Shown here: positions 1-9,791 of the stretch, piece by piece
Layout of the letters: every line of letters begins with the position of its first letter
How positions within the stretch are numbered: the first letter of the stretch is position 1
DNA from: an uncultured Bdellovibrionales bacterium
GTDB lineage: Bacteria > Patescibacteriota > Minisyncoccia > Moranbacterales > UBA1568
Assembly: GCA_964451495.1 (NCBI GenBank)
Contig: CAYVHS010000003.1
Span: 24,826 to 88,825, forward strand
Direction: 5' to 3'
Length of the DNA: 64,000 nt
Notes under the pieces: generated by a model
Databases searched by the model: none
Seen by the model: the letters and a program-made list of their open reading frames with translations, nothing else
Told to the model about the DNA's origin: nothing
Translations under genes and position numbers: made by a program

Positions 1-663
1 TTCGGGCGGCAATTTCACGATATCATGCAAAACACCATCGATACGGAAACGTACGAGCATATCTTTCTCTCGGGGCTCCAGATGTATATCAGAGGCACGA
101 TTTTGATACGCATACGAAATGAGCGTATCGACAATGCGAATAATCTGAGGATCACCCGCTACATCTTTTGTGTCCCCCGTATCTTTGAAACCGGATAATA
201 TGATATCCTCAAATGCCTGTGAAACCTCTTTCTTATAAAGCGCTAATGCGTTTTCCAAATCACGTTCCGAAGCCAAAGCGACCACAACTGGTAATCCGGT
301 CTTTTTCTCAAGAAAATTACGAATCTCCAAATCGTGAGGATTGGTCATGGCCACACGCAAGCCAGACGCATCTCTAGCAAAAGCGACGATTCGATGCTTC
401 TTCGCGACAACCTCGGGAACAATCTGCAATATTTCTTCGGGTATAGATTGCTGATTCAGTACGACAAAGGGCACCTGGAGAGCATCCGCCACAAGCTTCC
501 CGAGCTCTTCATCGGTCACCAGATTGTACCAGAGTACCGCCTGCGAAAACGATCCTCCTTCGGAACGAAAACGTTCATCGGCCATTTCGAGATCTTTTTC
601 CTCGACAACACCCGCGTCCAGCAGCAACGCTCTCAATTCGTCATGAGTGAGGACATCTTTCAT
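1..663 (-). CDS. Type II secretion / type IV pilus assembly ATPase (GspE/PilB family), N-terminal part; the gene continues beyond the window start
   Basis: Reverse-strand reading from ATG at 663 stays open to position 1: MKDVLTHDELRALLLDAGVVEEKDLEMADERF...ASDIHLEPREKDMLVRFRIDGVLHDIVKLPPE. A GSPII_E N-terminal-type domain is followed by the 'ASDIH(L/I)EP...RIDGVL' entry into the ATPase core. The same motif occurs in the 39219..42245 protein. It is missing from the supplied ORF track because its stop lies outside the window. Confidence 0.75.
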   Translation of the reverse strand, partial: MKDVLTHDELRALLLDAGVVEEKDLEMADERFRSEGGSFSQAVLWYNLVTDEELGKLVADALQVPFVVLNQQSIPEEILQIVPEVVAKKHRIVAFARDASGLRVAMTNPHDLEIRNFLEKKTGLPVVVALASERDLENALALYKKEVSQAFEDIILSGFKDTGDTKDVAGDPQIIRIVDTLISYAYQNRASDIHLEPREKDMLVRFRIDGVLHDIVKLPPE

Positions 664-675
664 ACAAAAAGGGCT

Positions 676-1053
676 CTATGCCGGGAGATTACTCTTCACT
701 TTATTGATAACTTCCTGAATTGGGATATTCGCCTTGACGAGATATTCTGCAGCTCCGAGATGGAGAACTCTCTTAATATCCTCTTCTTGGCTCAGATTGG
801 ACAATACGATGACTTTAATATCTTTCAAAACTGGATCAGACTTGAGTTCGGCCAGGGTCTCAAATCCATCCTTGCCAGGCATAATCAAATCGAGTAAAAC
901 AAGTGCTGGCTTGCGAATCCGGGCTAATTTTATAGCTTCATTGCCGTTGCCCACTATCTCGGCATGAATATTTTCTTTGGCAAGTTTTGTCTTGTAAATC
1001 TTGGAATAAAACGGGTCATCCTCCACTACCAAGACAAATTTTTCTTCGATCAT
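676..1053 (-). CDS. Single-domain response regulator (CheY-like receiver)
   Basis: 125 aa. VLVVEDDPFY..., LVLLDLIMPGKDGFETL (phospho-acceptor Asp), KVIVLSNL and a Lys near the C-terminus are canonical receiver-domain landmarks. Confidence 0.85.
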   Translation of the reverse strand: MIEEKFVLVVEDDPFYSKIYKTKLAKENIHAEIVGNGNEAIKLARIRKPALVLLDLIMPGKDGFETLAELKSDPVLKDIKVIVLSNLSQEEDIKRVLHLGAAEYLVKANIPIQEVINKVKSNLPA

Positions 1054-1106
1054 ACCAAATTAAAATTAGATATTATCAATTGTTTCTACTATAGACACGC
1101 TTCTGA

Positions 1107-3167
1107 CTAAGAGTCCGTAGACCGGAAAGGAAAGGAAATGAAAAATTTTGTACCAACATTTTCTTCGCTTTCAAACCACACTCGCGCACCCGCTTCTTCT
1201 AGATATGATTTTACCACGGAAAGCCCGAGACCACTACCGCTTGTGTCCTTACGAACAGCATTGGAAGAACGGAAAAATTTAGAAAATATCTTCGATTGAT
1301 CTTCTTTCGGAATACCTATGCCTTTATCAGCAATTGTCACCAAGACAGCCTTATCTGTCGTCTCTACGGTAATAATCACCTGTCCATCTTTTTTGTTGTA
1401 TTTGATACTATTTGCTATGAGATTCTCAAATGATTCATACAAATGTTTCGGAGGAACCATGATGGCAGCAATTGACTCTTTCGGAATATTGAGCACGATC
1501 TCGACAGACCGCTGCTCGGCCTCCGCCGACATCACCTTGATGATCTCCTGTAGAGTATATATCACATCTGTCGGCTTCTTCTCCTCTTTTCCTCTATTTT
1601 GATCAATACGAGAAACGTCCAAGAGGTCATTTACAAGAGCGACCATACGCAAGCTATTGTCATAAATCTGGCTGACTACCTGTACGGCTTCTTTGGGAAG
1701 CTTGCCGAGGTCCCCATTTAAAAGAAGTTCCATACTCCAGCGCATGCTACCAAGTGGCGTCCGCAACTGATGCGCGGCGACAGAAAGAAAGCTATCCTTC
1801 ATCTGGTCCAGCTCATGCTTTTTTGTTATGTCTTGGAAAACCGTAATAGTTCCAATAATTACATCTGATGCATCACGAATGAGAGAGCAAGTTCCAGATA
1901 CGGGAATCTTTTTATCGCCATGAATCAGGAAGGTTTTGTCAGAAAAAATACTCGCCCGTTTCTTCTTCAAAGTTTGGTCGACAAGGAAAACTCGTTGTTC
2001 ATCCGCTACAGTTTCCTGAACAAAAGAAAAGGCTTCTTTGGATAATTGATACTCAACGTCCTGAAACATTTTTCCCGATAAGACCTCGGCTGATTCATTC
2101 ATAAAAATAATCTTGCCATCAATATCAGTCGCAAACACGCCTTCACCGATAGACTTAAGGAAACGAAGGATGCTTTCTGCGCGGTTTTTTTGCTCCTCGA
2201 TACGTCCATTGGCGGCAAATAACTCGTCCGCATGTTGTATGATACGCCTCTGCACCGCCCGTTCCTCAGTGATATCCCGCTCGATCCCGACGAAGAATTT
2301 GACCTCACCCATATTGTCGAAAATCGGCGAAATACGGATATTTGCGAGATAGGTCTTTCCATCTTTCCTCTTATTCGTGAGCTCACCGGTATATCGCAGT
2401 TTTTCGACCTTAATGGTTTTCCACAGTGTTTCATAAAATGATTTGGGCATCTGCCCGCCCCACAGGGATGGTCGGAGTCCAATCATCTCCTCTTTCGAAT
2501 ACCCCGTCAATACTTCCGCGGCATGATTCGCATGCAAAATGATGCCGTGGGAATCCGTAATAATCGTATGATCGAAACTGGCGTCAACAGCTTGCTGAAA
2601 CTTCGTCAAATCTTCGGTCTTCCTTTCCAATTGCTTCGCCGATGCGCCGACATCATCAAGAATATTGAGAATAGCCGCTTTTGACCTTTCCCCTTCGACA
2701 ATTTTTTCATGCAACTCTTTCGTATGAGTTGTAATTTCATTTTCGAGGTCAGTAGTGTATTGATTGAGGTATCCGACCATGTCATTAAAAGATCGGGCTA
2801 TATCGCCAATCTCATCCGCTGAACTAATATCTGTCCTCACTGTAAAATCGCCACCCTTTATTTTCAAGGCGAAATCGCGAAGCTCCCGCAAGAGCCTTAT
2901 AACCGACCCTCCAAAAACATATCCGACTATACCAGCCAACAGACTGATACATCCAACAAGAGACCAGAATCCCACCAGGGCCATTCGTAACTGAGCGTCA
3001 GTCAAAGGTACTAAAAACTTTTCTTGAAATATCAAAACCAAGGCGGTGGTCGATAGAACGACAACAACTATGACCATCTCAATAACCAAAATGACTTTGC
3101 CTCGTAATCCTAATTTCATACTTCCCTCTAAATATCTACTTAGCCTCCATAGGTACGTTATGTTCAC
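1107..3167 (-). CDS. Sensor histidine kinase (TM - HAMP-like - 2x PAS - HisKA - HATPase_c)
   Basis: 686 aa. N-terminal TM segments, PAS-like blocks, an H-box AAHQLRTPLGSM, and a C-terminal G-box region SGSGLGLSVVKSYLEEAGARVWFESEENVGTKF. Confidence 0.85.
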   Translation of the reverse strand: MNITYLWRLSRYLEGSMKLGLRGKVILVIEMVIVVVVLSTTALVLIFQEKFLVPLTDAQLRMALVGFWSLVGCISLLAGIVGYVFGGSVIRLLRELRDFALKIKGGDFTVRTDISSADEIGDIARSFNDMVGYLNQYTTDLENEITTHTKELHEKIVEGERSKAAILNILDDVGASAKQLERKTEDLTKFQQAVDASFDHTIITDSHGIILHANHAAEVLTGYSKEEMIGLRPSLWGGQMPKSFYETLWKTIKVEKLRYTGELTNKRKDGKTYLANIRISPIFDNMGEVKFFVGIERDITEERAVQRRIIQHADELFAANGRIEEQKNRAESILRFLKSIGEGVFATDIDGKIIFMNESAEVLSGKMFQDVEYQLSKEAFSFVQETVADEQRVFLVDQTLKKKRASIFSDKTFLIHGDKKIPVSGTCSLIRDASDVIIGTITVFQDITKKHELDQMKDSFLSVAAHQLRTPLGSMRWSMELLLNGDLGKLPKEAVQVVSQIYDNSLRMVALVNDLLDVSRIDQNRGKEEKKPTDVIYTLQEIIKVMSAEAEQRSVEIVLNIPKESIAAIMVPPKHLYESFENLIANSIKYNKKDGQVIITVETTDKAVLVTIADKGIGIPKEDQSKIFSKFFRSSNAVRKDTSGSGLGLSVVKSYLEEAGARVWFESEENVGTKFFISFPFRSTDS

Positions 3168-4708
3168 TCAACCGTTCCTGTAATTTCAGATTCTGCTTCT
3201 TTAATTCAATCATTCTCAGCTCACGATCTATCATAATCTTGTTAATTTTTTCAATCTGATCAATATACTTCTGTTTCTTTTCTTCTACCAACTTGATTTC
3301 CGTGATATCGAGACAAGAACACAAGTAACCGAGGAAAGTACCTTCTGGGGAATAATGAGGAACGTTCTGCGAAAATACCCACACATATACACCATCAACA
3401 CGACGCAAACGGTATTCGCTTTTGTATGACTCATGCTTATTAAATGCCTCTTCGAATGCCCGTCGCTGACCTTTGGCATCATCTGGATGAATACTTTCCA
3501 TCCATCCCATACTCAATTGATTTTCCAGTGTCTGCCCCGTAAAATCGAGCCAAACTTTATTGAAATAAATACACTTCTTTTCCTCATCCATCACCCAAAT
3601 CATAACTGGTGCCGAATCGGCGATTGCATAGAACAATTTCTCACTTTCACGTTTCTTCGCTTCCATGTCTCGCAATGAGATGAGCATCGCATCGATACGA
3701 TTGGCGAGGCGAGAGAATTCGTCCTTTCCCGGTAGTGTAATCCGCGATTGATGTCCCGTCTCTTTACTAACTCTCTCGACCGATTCCCCAAGAGAAAAAA
3801 GTCTCCGCAATACCAGCACTTCAAAAAGACCCAGTATGACGATAACAATAAGTATGCCCACTCCGAGCAATATCTTTGTAAAAAATGCAATACTATCCTG
3901 ACCCCGTTGATAAATCGCTCGATCAAATTCTACTCGCATAACAAGAGTCTTCCCCCCATCCATATCATCCTTGATGGTATACCCTGAAACAGTCGTATCA
4001 CTTTCGCTTCTCTCTGCAATGAAAACAGTCTGGTCCTCCCCTATATACCGAGCAGCAGCAAAAGATGGGTACTGCGCAATCTCACGAAAGGGCCTCATAG
4101 TTACTGCGAAATGCGTCAGATTGGCGATTTTTGATGCCATTTCATCATCGACAAAAGTAGCAAACATGATTGTCCCTGCGCTTGGAGAGAGTCCATCGCT
4201 TGAAGTAATACTGTGAGTCACATTAATAATCACTCCATCAGAAAGAGCAATGATGCCCGAATGAGCATCCTCTCCCTCGTCATGTACCGTAAGCGCGGGA
4301 TGTGTCTGTATATAATTTTCGAAACTCTCCGAAAAAACGACTTCTTTCCCTGATCCATCGATCTGCTTCTTAAACAGAATGTCACCATTCAAATCGATAA
4401 TAACTATAAACTGTATATGGAGAAGCTCGAGCGAGATATCTTGGAGATTCACATCAATATAACTCTGATTGTGATCCTGCGCGAAAATATACGTATCGTC
4501 CCACTGTCCCCAGTCAGAAATCTTTACCGAGAGACTGTCAATCTCGTTTTGGAGGGCATCAGAAACGCGCGTCACATTCTCCTCAGCCACCTGTCGCTCT
4601 AAATCACGATAATCACTCCTCAGAACACGCGAGAGTACACCGTAGACGACGAAAAACAATATGGAAAGAATTCCAACAACAGAAAAAAGTACCTTGATGC
4701 GAAGATTC
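3136..4708 (-). CDS. Membrane PAS-domain sensor protein without a kinase domain; C-terminal coiled coil ends in a RELRMIELKK motif
   Basis: ORF 3136..4794 trimmed to ATG at 4708 (MNLRIKVLFSVVGILSILFFVV...). A TM helix, a large extracytoplasmic region, a second TM, then a PAS block (KKCIYFNKVWLDFTG...HPDD...YRLRRVDGVYVWV) and the coiled-coil tail ...IMIDRELRMIELKKQNLKLQERLSEH. It overlaps the histidine-kinase gene by 32 nt. The start codon choice is uncertain because no strong RBS is present. Confidence 0.6.
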
Positions 4709-4819
4709 ATAGTATTTTTATGTGTTTTACTTTCCCTACTCTCCTTGGCATACAGGACGAACGACATAATTATATCACAGAACCAGAAACACACTGATCA
4801 AGAGTCCGAAGCTCAGCCC

Positions 4820-4847
4820 TTAACCCTGACACACTTTATGCTATAAT
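4820..4847 (+). promoter_or_regulatory. Candidate sigma70-type promoter (TTAACC - 16/17 nt - TGcTATAAT extended -10) for the plus-strand small-ORF/symporter unit
   Basis: An extended -10 'TGcTATAAT' at 4839..4847 with a weak -35 at 4820..4825, about 70 nt upstream of the 4915 ATG. Confidence 0.35.
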
Positions 4848-4914
4848 ATACGATATATGCAGATGCGTATTTCTAAAAATACACAGAATAGGCAGTAGAC
4901 CTATTACTTACCTT

Positions 4915-5112
4915 ATGAAAAATCTTTTTCGTGCGCCAGCGATACTTGGTGTTGTTGGGTGTATATTTTTCCTCCTCATCCAATGGCCGTATTTGTCTTT
5001 TATCAGCCATAATCTCCTCGAGGAGCCGTATATGTATTGGTTAACTGTTTGGGGAATACTTATTGTGTTCCTCTTTTTATTCGCCTTTTTTATCGAACGC
5101 AATGATTCCTAG
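4915..5112 (+). CDS. Small two-TM membrane protein translationally coupled to the downstream symporter gene (accessory-subunit-like)
   Basis: 65 aa with two hydrophobic helices. Its stop codon TAG (5110..5112) overlaps the symporter start ATG (5102) in 'ATGATTCCTAG'. Small DUF4212/DUF485-type proteins commonly precede SSS-family permeases. Confidence 0.4.
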   Translation: MKNLFRAPAILGVVGCIFFLLIQWPYLSFISHNLLEEPYMYWLTVWGILIVFLFLFAFFIERNDS

Positions 5113-7252
5113 CACTATTGTACTCACTGTAGCATTGATATATTTCATCGCGCTCTTTGCTATCGCGCTCTTCGTGGAAAAAAAGAGTAGCAAAGGATTT
5201 CTTTTCACCCACAACTCTATTATTTATACGCTCACCCTGGGAATATACGCGACCGCATGGACATTTTATGGATCGATTGGCTCTGCAGCAAGCTCGAGCT
5301 TTCTCTTCCTTAGTGTGTATATCGGTCCAACACTCATGATGATTTTGGCTTATGCGATGCTTAAACGACTTGTCCAGATTAAAAGCAAATATGGCATAAC
5401 GAGTATTGCAGGCTACCTTTCCAATCGTTACGGAAAATCACAGGCGGTCGGGGTGATAGCCACACTTATCGCCCTCATCGGAGGCGTCCCTTACTTTGCG
5501 CTCCAAATCAAAGCCGTAGTGTCTTCATATACCTTTATCACCATCGGTACAACGACCGCGGTACATGGCTCTATCGAACTCCTTATCCTTTTCACCATTA
5601 TTATTTTTACCATTTTCTTTGGTTTTCGCACGCTCAGCCAAGATGAGACACATTCCGGACTCGTAATGGTTGTGGCAATACAGTCAATCGTGAAACTGAT
5701 AGCACTAGTCGGAGTCGGATTACTTGCCGTCTATTTTGTCTTCCATGGATTCGGAGACATTTTCGATACCGTTCGACAAAATGCCGACCTCCTCGAAAAA
5801 ATTAATAAATCAAAACCCTCCTATTCACTCTTCCTCTCATACTTCATCCTCTCGATGGGCGCTATCGTCCTTCTGCCACACATGTTTCATGTCATGATTG
5901 TGGAAAATACCTCAGAAAAACACATTCGAAGCAGCGTATGGATGCTCCCTATCTATCTTATCGCAATGACCATCTTTACCTTTCCTATCGCCATGGTAGG
6001 CATACTTCTCACAAAAGACGTTACGCTCACGGATATATTTACCCTGGCTATACCAGCAATACGGGGAAATGCTTGGCTCACACTCCTCGTCTTTATCGGC
6101 GGACTTTCTGCCGCATTTAGCATGATTATGATCTCGACCATTGCCATTACCACCATGGTGACCAATCATCTCGTGATTCCCATTATCAACTCAATCAAAC
6201 CGCTTACATGGATACAAAAGTTTATCCTTCAAATTCGCTGGCTCATTGTCACTCTCATCCTCGGCATCGCCTATCTTTTCGTCATTTCTATCGGGGATTC
6301 ATATATTCTCGTCCAAATAGGCATTATATCTTTCGCTGCGGCATTTCAATTCGGACCCGCTCTTATCGGCGGAATTTTTTGGCAACGAGGGAGTCGTATC
6401 GGCGCATTGGTCGGTCTGTGGAGCGGATTTGCAGTCTGGATATATACATCACTCGTCCCTGCCTTTGTACGAAGCGGTTGGATAGGACAATCTCTGCTCG
6501 ATAATGGCCCCCTAGGCATAAGCTTCCTTCGACCAGAAAATCTTTTTGGTATCACTACGATTCACCCCCTCGCAGTCACGGTACTCTTCTCTCTTCTCCT
6601 CAATGCCGGCCTCTACATCATATGCTCATACTTCTATCCCAATAATGAGACCGAACAAAAAATCGCCGATGATTTCGTTCATATTCTCGAAGAAAAGGCT
6701 TTCACTCTCGAAAACGCAGGCTACCAGAAATCGACCATACTAGTTGCACATAAAAAAGAAATTATTCAGAACATATTCAAAACGTATTTGAGCAAAGATG
6801 AAGCCCCTAGACAAGCACAAGATTGCCTGCGAGAGCTCAATCTCGATAGCGCTGAAACAATGACGCTGAGCCAACTCATACAACTGAACCGCGTGATAGA
6901 GAAAAGGATTGCTAGCTTCGTCGGCACCCCAACCGCGAGTACCATCCTCTCTCAAAACAGCCTTTTTAGCGAGAATGAGAACGCGCAACTCTCAGATATG
7001 TATACGAGGATTGCGACAGACCTAAAAATCACCCCTGAAGAATTCACACAAAAAATAAATTATTTCCTCGACAAAGAAAAAATTCTCATCGATGGAAGCA
7101 AAGCGCTGGAAGAAAAAGTGAAAGAACGCACCATGAAACTCGAAGAAGCTAACAATCAACTACAAGAATTCAATACGCTGATGGTTGGACGTGAACTCAA
7201 AATGATTGAGCTCAAGAAAGAAATCGATGATTTGAAGGCTCAAAAACAATAA
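5102..7252 (+). CDS. Solute:sodium symporter (SSS) family membrane domain fused to a ~230-aa cytoplasmic tail with an S-helix-like coiled coil; no kinase domain
   Basis: ORF 5063..7252 trimmed to ATG 5102 (MIPSTIVLTV...). About 13 TM helices follow, with SSS-like composition (GSIGSAASSSFLFLSVYIGPTLMM...). The C-terminus reads ...KVKERTMKLEEANNQLQEFNTLMVGRELKMIELKKEIDDLKAQKQ, where ERT..L..AN..LQ is an S-helix-type motif. Confidence 0.75.
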   Translation: MIPSTIVLTVALIYFIALFAIALFVEKKSSKGFLFTHNSIIYTLTLGIYATAWTFYGSIGSAASSSFLFLSVYIGPTLMMILAYAMLKRLVQIKSKYGITSIAGYLSNRYGKSQAVGVIATLIALIGGVPYFALQIKAVVSSYTFITIGTTTAVHGSIELLILFTIIIFTIFFGFRTLSQDETHSGLVMVVAIQSIVKLIALVGVGLLAVYFVFHGFGDIFDTVRQNADLLEKINKSKPSYSLFLSYFILSMGAIVLLPHMFHVMIVENTSEKHIRSSVWMLPIYLIAMTIFTFPIAMVGILLTKDVTLTDIFTLAIPAIRGNAWLTLLVFIGGLSAAFSMIMISTIAITTMVTNHLVIPIINSIKPLTWIQKFILQIRWLIVTLILGIAYLFVISIGDSYILVQIGIISFAAAFQFGPALIGGIFWQRGSRIGALVGLWSGFAVWIYTSLVPAFVRSGWIGQSLLDNGPLGISFLRPENLFGITTIHPLAVTVLFSLLLNAGLYIICSYFYPNNETEQKIADDFVHILEEKAFTLENAGYQKSTILVAHKKEIIQNIFKTYLSKDEAPRQAQDCLRELNLDSAETMTLSQLIQLNRVIEKRIASFVGTPTASTILSQNSLFSENENAQLSDMYTRIATDLKITPEEFTQKINYFLDKEKILIDGSKALEEKVKERTMKLEEANNQLQEFNTLMVGRELKMIELKKEIDDLKAQKQ

Positions 7253-7294
7253 ACCTTATTCTTGTTATAAATATTTGGGCTACTTCTCAAATAT

Positions 7295-7894
7295 CTATTT
7301 CCCAAGAATCACCGTGATAGGAGAAGCAGTGGTTTCTTTATTGCCTGGTAACGCTGCTTTTATAGTCACGTTTGGATATTTTTTTATTAGGGCTTCCTTG
7401 ATGATAACTGCTGGTTGTTCTAGTCCCGTGGCATAATACACTGCTACACCAACATAATCACCCGTCGCGTTGCCAGCAACGGATTTACTATAGCCTTCTT
7501 TTTTCAGAAGGTCAGTCACAACGGCTGCGCTTCCTTTGATGGCACCTCCATTGAGGACACTTATAGCCATTGCCTTAAGCTTTACTATGGTTTCATCTTG
7601 CGACGCATTCGTAGCTGTATCAGGCTCTTGTTTCTCTTCGGTCATCTCCGAACTCTCTACGCTATCCGGTGTTTTTTCTCCATTTTTTTCTTGTTCAGTA
7701 ACGAGCGCCACGATAGAGGGGCGCGCAGACTCTTGTTTGCTCATCTGCCACTTGGTATATGCCACAAACCCCACTCCGACGATTGAAGTAATGGTGCACA
7801 CAATCAACGCTACAAACAGAAGCGTTCCAAAAACAGACTCTTTCGAACGTTTTTTCTCTGGAATTTTTTCAGCAGGATTCTCTGTATTTTTCAT
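7295..7894 (-). CDS. LytR_C (LytR/CpsA/Psr C-terminal) domain membrane-anchored protein
   Basis: 199 aa. An N-terminal TM anchor is followed by VKLKAMAISVLNGGAIKGSAAVVTDLLKKEGY...TIKAAL, typical of the LytR C-terminal domain. Confidence 0.6.
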   Translation of the reverse strand: MKNTENPAEKIPEKKRSKESVFGTLLFVALIVCTITSIVGVGFVAYTKWQMSKQESARPSIVALVTEQEKNGEKTPDSVESSEMTEEKQEPDTATNASQDETIVKLKAMAISVLNGGAIKGSAAVVTDLLKKEGYSKSVAGNATGDYVGVAVYYATGLEQPAVIIKEALIKKYPNVTIKAALPGNKETTASPITVILGK

Positions 7895-7900
7895 ATTTTT

Positions 7901-8521
7901 TCAAATGGTCTCCTCATCTCGAAATTTTTTCCAAGCCACAAAAATAAGCGCGATCAAAGCAAAACCAAGAATAACAACACGCAAGATATCTTCCATATCA
8001 GACCAGTACGTCGTCGAACCAATAATAAGCGCTAACACTCCTCCGAACGAAAGGCCCAGAGATACTGCCTCTGCCCCCGCGAGAAACACGCTTCCGCCCA
8101 GAAGGATAATACCAGCTATCACAAAAACGATGAAAACATTGCGATTATACACCTTATTCACATCATCAAATTGTTTCTGGCAGGTAAAGGTCGTATTACA
8201 GTAGCCATTCGGTTCGAAGACATCGCCGCGCTGTACCACGGGCATACTCTTTACATTGTTCTCATTCCATTGCCCACCGATTTCGATGCAAGCTTCTTTG
8301 GTTTCAATAACCTCGTTCACCTGTTTTTCCAAGCAAAAATCTTCAAAAAGTGGCTCATGGTAGACCACGCGTACCAGATAGGTCAGAAACAAATTGATAA
8401 CGATAGCGATACCAATCACTAGAGCCCATTTGATAACGCTCGAGCGATTCTTTGCGACTCCTACTGCTGGTACGGCTTCCATAAAAAATATGTTTAATGA
8501 TATCTTATTATACCATACCAA
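7901..8521 (-). CDS. Hypothetical integral membrane protein
   Basis: 206 aa with 3-4 predicted TM helices and no recognisable catalytic motif. The start may lie at an internal Met (MEAVPAVG...). Confidence 0.5.
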   Translation of the reverse strand: MVWYNKISLNIFFMEAVPAVGVAKNRSSVIKWALVIGIAIVINLFLTYLVRVVYHEPLFEDFCLEKQVNEVIETKEACIEIGGQWNENNVKSMPVVQRGDVFEPNGYCNTTFTCQKQFDDVNKVYNRNVFIVFVIAGIILLGGSVFLAGAEAVSLGLSFGGVLALIIGSTTYWSDMEDILRVVILGFALIALIFVAWKKFRDEETI

Positions 8522-8543
8522 AAACGAAATTCTTATGACGCAT

Positions 8544-9686
8544 CTAGCGAATCGCTTTTGCTACTGCCTTTACGACACCCGTATCGAAAGTACTCGGAAT
8601 AATATTCTGCGCAGAAGGCTTTTTCACCAAAGCAGCGATATTTTTAGCAGCCCGAAGCAACATATCATCCGTAATGATTTTTACTCTATTATCGAGCGCG
8701 CCTCGGAAAATTCCTGGGAACCCGAGCGAATTATTGATCTGATTGGGAAAATCCGACCGCCCTGTCGCGACAACGAAAGCGCCTGCCTTTTTGGCAATAT
8801 CGGGCATAATCTCTGGTATAGGGTTGGCTAAGGCAAAAATAATAGCTTTTGTATTCATGCTTTTTACATGTTCCGCGGTTACGGTACCTCCCTTAGATAC
8901 GCCGATGAGTACATCAGCCCCACGGAGCGCATCGGCAAGCGTCCCGGAAAGTCTTCGCTTATTACTCACTCCGGCAATGACATGTTTGAAAGGATTCATA
9001 TCCTTACGATCAAGACTGATGATGCCCTTGCTGTCTACCATAATGAGATCTCCCACGCCGAATTTGAGGAGCAATTTAGCGATAGCATTGCCAGCAGCAC
9101 CAGCTCCCGAGACGACCACAGTGCTCTTTTTCGCCTGTTTGCCGACTACTTTGAAAGCGCTGATCAGCCCCGCCAAGACAACCATCGCTGTTCCATGCTG
9201 ATCGTCGTGCAGCACAGGGATATCTAGCTCTGCCTGGAGTCGACGCTCAATCTCGAAACACTGCGGCGCAGCGATATCTTCGAGATTAATGCCGCCGAAT
9301 ACCGGCGCGATATTTTTGATAGTCCGGATAGTCTCTTCCATATCCTGTGAGGCAAGCACTATAGGAAACGCATCGACTCCAGCCAGAGTCTTGAAAAGCA
9401 TCGCTTTGCCCTCCATGACCGGCAGCGCTCCCTCTGGACCGATATTACCCAGACCCAAAACAGCCGAACCATCTGAAATAACAGCTACCGTATTTCCTTT
9501 TATGGTATACTCCCTCAGTTTATCCTTATGCTTGGCAAGGTACGTCGAGACCGCTCCGACTCCAGGCGTGTAATACAGGGACAAATCAGACTTACCTAAG
9601 ACCTTTGCCTTGGGACGCATCTCTATTTTACCGCGTAATTTCTTGTGGACTGCTAGTGCTTTTGCTCCAAAATTTTCTTGTGCCAT
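8544..9686 (-). CDS. NAD(P)-dependent malic enzyme (short form)
   Basis: 380 aa. LSLYYTPGVGAVSTYLAKHKDKLREYTIKGNTVAVISDGSAVLGLGNIGPEGALPVMEGKAMLFK plus the dinucleotide-binding motif VVSGAGAAGNAIAKLL are malic-enzyme signatures. Confidence 0.85.
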   Translation of the reverse strand: MAQENFGAKALAVHKKLRGKIEMRPKAKVLGKSDLSLYYTPGVGAVSTYLAKHKDKLREYTIKGNTVAVISDGSAVLGLGNIGPEGALPVMEGKAMLFKTLAGVDAFPIVLASQDMEETIRTIKNIAPVFGGINLEDIAAPQCFEIERRLQAELDIPVLHDDQHGTAMVVLAGLISAFKVVGKQAKKSTVVVSGAGAAGNAIAKLLLKFGVGDLIMVDSKGIISLDRKDMNPFKHVIAGVSNKRRLSGTLADALRGADVLIGVSKGGTVTAEHVKSMNTKAIIFALANPIPEIMPDIAKKAGAFVVATGRSDFPNQINNSLGFPGIFRGALDNRVKIITDDMLLRAAKNIAALVKKPSAQNIIPSTFDTGVVKAVAKAIR

Positions 9687-9791
9687 ACAGTTTTTTTAGG
9701 GAATTACTCCTTCTCTCTTGCCTCTTCATTGTAGCACAAAACAAAAAATATACCGCCTAGGGGTATATAAAAACGCCTCCTTGAGCACAGT

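Noticed and set aside
334-897. 187-aa plus-strand ORF
   Set aside because: It lies antisense to both the partial GspE/PilB gene and the response-regulator gene, each of which has clear domain signatures. It has no RBS or motif.
7536-8204. 222-aa plus-strand ORF overlapping two minus-strand genes
   Set aside because: It is antisense to the LytR_C-domain gene and the membrane-protein gene. Its composition is low-complexity and Ser/Phe-rich, typical of a shadow ORF.
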